DNA of 64,000 bases from NCBI GenBank assembly GCA_047967505.1, contig CM106538.1. The stretch is one strand, 5' to 3'. Under the pieces are notes generated by a model. It saw nothing but the letters and a program-made list of their open reading frames with translations. It was not told where the DNA came from and made no database searches. A program made the translations under genes and the position numbers. The DNA is from Dipteris shenzhenensis. Its lineage: Eukaryota. This document shows positions 58,890 through 64,000 of the stretch, piece after piece (position 1 is the first letter of the stretch; each line of letters starts with the position of its first letter).

Positions 58890-61800
58890 TGTTGGGGTAA
58901 AGGCACATTGCCACCCTTTAAAAGTTATGACCCCTATGACTGTCTTAATCCTAATAAAACCTTTGAGTTTGTGGTGTGGCTCAACACTTTTTACACACCC
59001 ACACTTCTTGTGTCTCCCTCTCCTAACGTTCCACCTCCTCTCTTTCCCTCACAAGTGGTATCAGAGCCACTCTCTCACTCCGGTCTACCCCTCCCTCTAC
59101 CCCTTCCTCTCCCCTTGGGCCTCGTGCCCTCAACAGCGAGCAGGGCAGCAGCAAGCCAGGGCACCCGCCGCGCGCAGCAGGTGCGCGAGCACCCATAGCT
59201 GCAGCAGCAGCTAGCTGCTACCCGCTACACGGCGGCCGCAGCCTACCAGGCGGGCGCAACCAGCGCGCAGCACTGGCCGCGCACAGCCAGTCGACCGGCT
59301 GCAAGGCAACAGCCGCGACCAGTCGTACAGCCAGCCGTACCGGCTGTACGGACGCCGCGACAGGTACAGCCAGCCGTACCGGCTGTACGGACGCGTGCAA
59401 GTACAAGGTACAGCTGTACCGACTGTACCCTCAGCCAAAATTTCGACAATTTTTTTTGGGGATCCGTGCCCTTGCAAGTACAAGGTACAGCAGGTACACT
59501 GTGCAAGCACAGCAGGTACTTGTAGGTACAGCAGGCACGGAAATTTTTTTTTGGGGGAAGAAGGAAAAAGTGAGAGCACTCTGCTCTTTTGCATGGTACT
59601 TGCAAGTACACGCAGGTACAAAAGTACAACGAGGTTTTTTCTTGATGCATTCCCGGAATTTTTTTTTCAGTTCTAGAACTGTGTGTTTGAGGTACAGCAA
59701 GTACACTCGTGTCCCTCGTGCTTGAGGTGACTAGTGCCACAGTGTGTGGTGGTTGCACAGTTATTTTGTTTCGGGAAGGTCAGATGCCTTAATTTGCAGA
59801 GGGCTTTTATGCTTTTGCTGAGTGCAAGTCTCAGTTTTTGGGTGACAATTTCATAGGGCTTTTGCCTGGAAGTGTATGCAGTGTATGCCTTGAGGCAGTG
59901 TGGAGCCAGGGTGCCCACATTGGTCTCGTTTTTGGCAGTGTATCAGTGACATTTCTTTGCAGGTCACAATTTGTGTACGACACTTTGAAAATCTCAGTTG
60001 AGCCACGCTTGGCCAGGGCGCATCGAGTTTACTCGGTCCCTAACTGTCCATCGTTGACAATGCTCAAAAGATCTTCTTTTCGGTGTTTGTACGTTGGGAT
60101 CTGTGTTGCCACTGTGCACACAGGCAGTTTATGCATTACTTTGTCAGGTGAAAGTGCCAGGAGAGCGCTGTATTTTGTATGCTACCTCAGTGTTGAGGTG
60201 TTTTTCACTTGGTACAGGTGTCAAATCAAGGGGCTTTTGCCCAGATTTTGCTTGTGAGCACTTGAGTTATTGTTTGAGAACTTCAGATGCCTTTTATCCC
60301 CTTGGTAGAAGGGTGATTGTTTGGGATTTGTCCCATACTTTGTTGCAGGTTTGTGACAGGCTGAGGTGTTTGGAGCCTTTTTCAGTGAACAAAACAGTGT
60401 ATGACAAGTGGTTTATGCATATAAAATCAGTGCAATACCTCATCTGAGGTGGGAGAAGTGTCCAGGACAGCAGTGTTTTGTGCTTCGTCAGATGATGATG
60501 CACTGATAAAACACTTGTGGAACAGCTGCAGCATTCTGTAGTTACTGTTTTATGCCTATTTGAGCACGGTACAGTGTGTCAGAAGGTACAGTGACTAGAG
60601 GGAAAATTTTCTGTTTTGCTGCAGATTTTTTGACAGTAAAAAACAGCACTATTGTGAGTGCTCCTGGCTCTTGATAGAGCAGGTTTTCTGAGAAATCAGA
60701 ATTTTATTTAGTCATTTTTTGACTTACAGGGAGTCAGTAACTTCCCTTGTCTGATATGGCATCAGGGGGAAGTGAATCCTCAATACTGAACATAAAGAAA
60801 TTGGAAGGGGCACACAATTATGCATTATGGGCAGAACAGTGTTTGAATGTACTTCTGCTAAAGAAGATTTCTAAGCCCATAAGGGTGAAGGGTGTCAAGC
60901 CATCTGGGATGGCAGATGATGAGTGGGAGGAGCTTGATTTGTCCGCAAGGGCGGCTATCATGCTTACTCTCACTGATTCTCTTGTGTTCAATGTTCAGGC
61001 AGAAAAGACCTCTTATGGCCTATGGCAGAGGCTAGAAGAGTTGTATGCCCAAAAGAGTTCAGCCAGTAAGGTTTATTGGTTGAAGAAGCTTGTCGACCTT
61101 CGCATGAAGGAAGGTACAGCTATGACCTCACACTTGAGTGAGTTCAATGCCATCTTTACACAGCTTATCGCACAGGGATTGAACCTTGATGAGGAGTTCA
61201 AGGCTACTTCTTGTTGTGTACCCTCCCTGAGAGTTGGGACACTTTCAAGACCACCCTGTCAAATTCAAATATCACTCTTATGTATGCTGATGTGGAGAGC
61301 TCTCTCCTTATGGAGGAGATGAGCAGGAAGAATAATATGGGCAGCAAGTCTTCCGATGCTTTGCAGGTACAGGAAAGAGGTAGGACTCAGTAGAAGGGGA
61401 GATCTGCTGGCAAGTCCAAATCCCGCAGTCATTCCCGTGGCAAAAAGGATATTGAATGCTTTTACTGTGGCAAGAAGGGACATGTGAAGTCCAAGTGCTT
61501 CAAGTTTATACGGGATCAGAAAGCCAAGAAGGCTGAGACAAAGGATGCAGGCAGTGGAAGCAAAGGCAAAGGCAAGGCCAAGGCAGATGACTTGGATGCA
61601 GTGAATGTTGCAGCAGAGGACAGTGACAGTGACAGACATGATGTATTATGTTCTTCTGCTGTAATTGCACATACATTGGTTGTTGATGGCCACGACATGC
61701 ACACCTGGCTCTTGGATTCAGGTGCTTCTGTTCATGTTACGCCTCATAGGGAGTGGTTTACTTCCTACACAGGTACTCATGGAGTTGTTCACCTTGGGAA

Positions 61801-64000
61801 CAACTATGAATGTCAGATTGCAGGGATTGGCAGTATACAGATAGTATTCCCTGACGGACGCATATTTATGCTTGATGGTGTTCGCCATGTGCCACAAATC
61901 AAGAAAAATCTGATTAGCACTGGCTTGTTGGATGACAATGGTTATCACACCACATTTGGGGATTCCAAATGGGTAATTACTGATGGCCAGGTTGTAGTGG
62001 CTGAGGGTTATAAGAGTGATACCTTGTACCCTCTTTATGTTTCCAGTGTAGGTAATCATGTTGTTGCCATAACCGAGCTGCCAAAGGTTTCATTGTGGCA
62101 TAGCCGGTTGGGACACATGTCCGTTAAAGGAATGCAAGAACTGTCACGTTTGGGTTATCTGCCGTCTCTTTCATTTTCAGATTTGCCTACTTGTGATCAT
62201 TGCATTTTTGGAAAGCATTCTATGACTCCTCATAAGAGGAGAACTCCCTAGAATAGAGCACCGCTTGATCTAGTGCACACTGATTTGTGTGAGATGCCAC
62301 AGCTATCACTAGGGGGTGCAAAGTATTTCATTACTTTTATTGATGATGCCACATGCAAAGTGTGGGTCTATTTCTTGAAGCATAAGAGCGATGCCTTAGA
62401 TGCTTTCAAGAAGTTTGTCGCTCAGGTTGAGAATCGGATAGGACGCAGGCTGAAATGCCTCAGATCTGATAATGGGGGTGAGTATGTGTCACATACTTTT
62501 GTACAGTTATGCGAAGCTAAGGGCATTAAACAGGAACTCACAGCCCCTCATAATGCATCTCAAAATGGTGTGAGTGAGCGGATGAATCGAACTATTCAGG
62601 AGAAAGTTCGATGTATGTTGTCTTATGCTGCATTGCCCCATGGCTTTTGGGCAGAAGCCGTGCAAACAGCAGTTCACCTAATTAACAGGTCGCCGAACAA
62701 GGCTTTGGAGTTGAAAGTGCCAGAGGAGGTGTGGTCTGGCAAGCCACCTTCATATAAGCACTTACGTGTGTTTGGCTGCGAGTGCTTTGCTCATGTACGC
62801 AAAGAACTGCGCACCAAACTGGAGCCAAAGTCTTTCAGATGCATCTTCATGGGTTACGGTGACGAAGGTGAAATGGGGTACCGGTTATGGGATCCTGTCA
62901 AACGGAAGATTATACGCAGCAATGACGTCATCTTTAAAGAGGATTGTGTACACAGAGAACCCGTGCAACCTGCGGAATACAGGAGGGTTGTCTATGATGA
63001 TGTCGGACAGCAAAGAATGCCCATTAATATGCAGCAGCAGGCTGCTGTAAATAACCCTGTTCAAGAGGGTATACAGGCTGAAAATCAGCCAGACAATTTT
63101 GCCAATGATGCACCACTGGATATGCCAGCAAATGGTGCTGTAGAACAGCCAAATATGGTGGTACAGCCACCCGTCATGCATGACGAACAGGCTAGACAGC
63201 AGCCTAATACGGAACATTTTGTTAGGAGGAGCACGCGTGTACAACGGCCTCCTGACAGGTTTGTTCCAGGAGCCAATAATGTGGCTGATTTTATCATGCT
63301 GACAGATTGTGGTGAGCCTTCCAGCTTCAGGGAAGCTATGGGAAGAACAGAGAAAAGGAAGTGGGAGAAAGCCATGCAGTCAGAAATGGACTCCCTACTT
63401 CAAAATGATACATGGGACTTGGTGCAGCTACCTGTAGGCAGAAAGGTTTTGCTGTGCAAGTGGGTTTACAAAGTCAAAGTGGATTCAAATGCTTTACCGA
63501 GGTATAAGGCCAGATTGGTTGCCAAGGGATTTAAGCAGGAGAAGGGCATTGACTTTGATGAGATCTTTTCCCCCGTAGTCAAGATGACTACTTTGAGAGC
63601 AGTGTTAGCTCTTGTTGCTCATGAGGACATGGATTTATGTCAGATGGATGTGAAGACTGCTTTTCTTCACGGAGATCTCCATGATGAGATCTACATGAGT
63701 CAGCCAGAGGGATATGCTGTTAAAGGGAAAGAGCAGATTGTGTGTAAGCTCAAGAGGAGCTTGTATGGACTCAAGCAGGCGCCAAGAGAATGGTACAAGA
63801 AGTTTGATGCCTTCATGCAGTCCCAAGGGTATCATAGGTGTGAGACCGATCACTGCTTGTACACCAAACGGGCAAAGGATGGCAGTTTGATGCTACTCAT
63901 TCTATATGTGGATGACATGCTGATTGCCAGCAAATCTCAGCAGGAGATTAGTGCTTTGAAGAAGCAACTGCATAAGTCTTTTGACATGAAAGACACGGGT
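58890..64000 (+). mobile_element. Ty1/copia element, largely intact, runs off the window end
   Basis: 5' LTR 58890-59053 (TG..CA); PBS-iMet tggtatcagagcc 59056-59068; ~1.7-kb leader; gag from ATG 60756 (CFYCGKKGHVKSKC), protease WLLDSGAS, LWHSRLGH, integrase (LVHTDLC, RSDNGGEY), RT (KARLVAKGF, MDVKTAFLHG, YVDDML); one frameshift (~61205) and TAG stops at 61391 and 62249. Confidence 0.96.

Overview
Eukaryotic land-plant genomic DNA; the mix of RTE-X-like LINEs, chromoviral gypsy elements and a Naiad/Chlamys-like Penelope element suggests a large-genome fern or lycophyte (inference). The only host gene I can support is a RUS5-like (ROOT UVB SENSITIVE, DUF647) gene on the + strand. Eight clean GT-AG internal exons lie between 44132 and 53091. 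I found neither its first nor its last exons, so the whole window is probably inside this gene, with introns of >=44 kb, 7.5 kb and >=10.9 kb. The introns are packed with mostly degenerate, nested retroelements: L1-clade LINEs, RTE-X-like LINEs, Ty1/copia, Ty3/gypsy and one Penelope-like element (PLE, 9756-16704) with ~500-bp pseudo-LTRs. Top observation: both pseudo-LTRs carry a hammerhead-ribozyme core (CUGAUGA, GAAA, GUH, stems I-III). Its three strands occur in the reverse, non-circularly-permuted order, with stems I and II joined distally by a linker-free four-way junction. This topology is not type I, II or III, and it sits in a PLE clade reported to lack canonical hammerheads. Other notable items: PIP-box-like motifs at the C-terminus of RTE-X ORF2, and covarying 3'-end stem-loops in both LINE groups.
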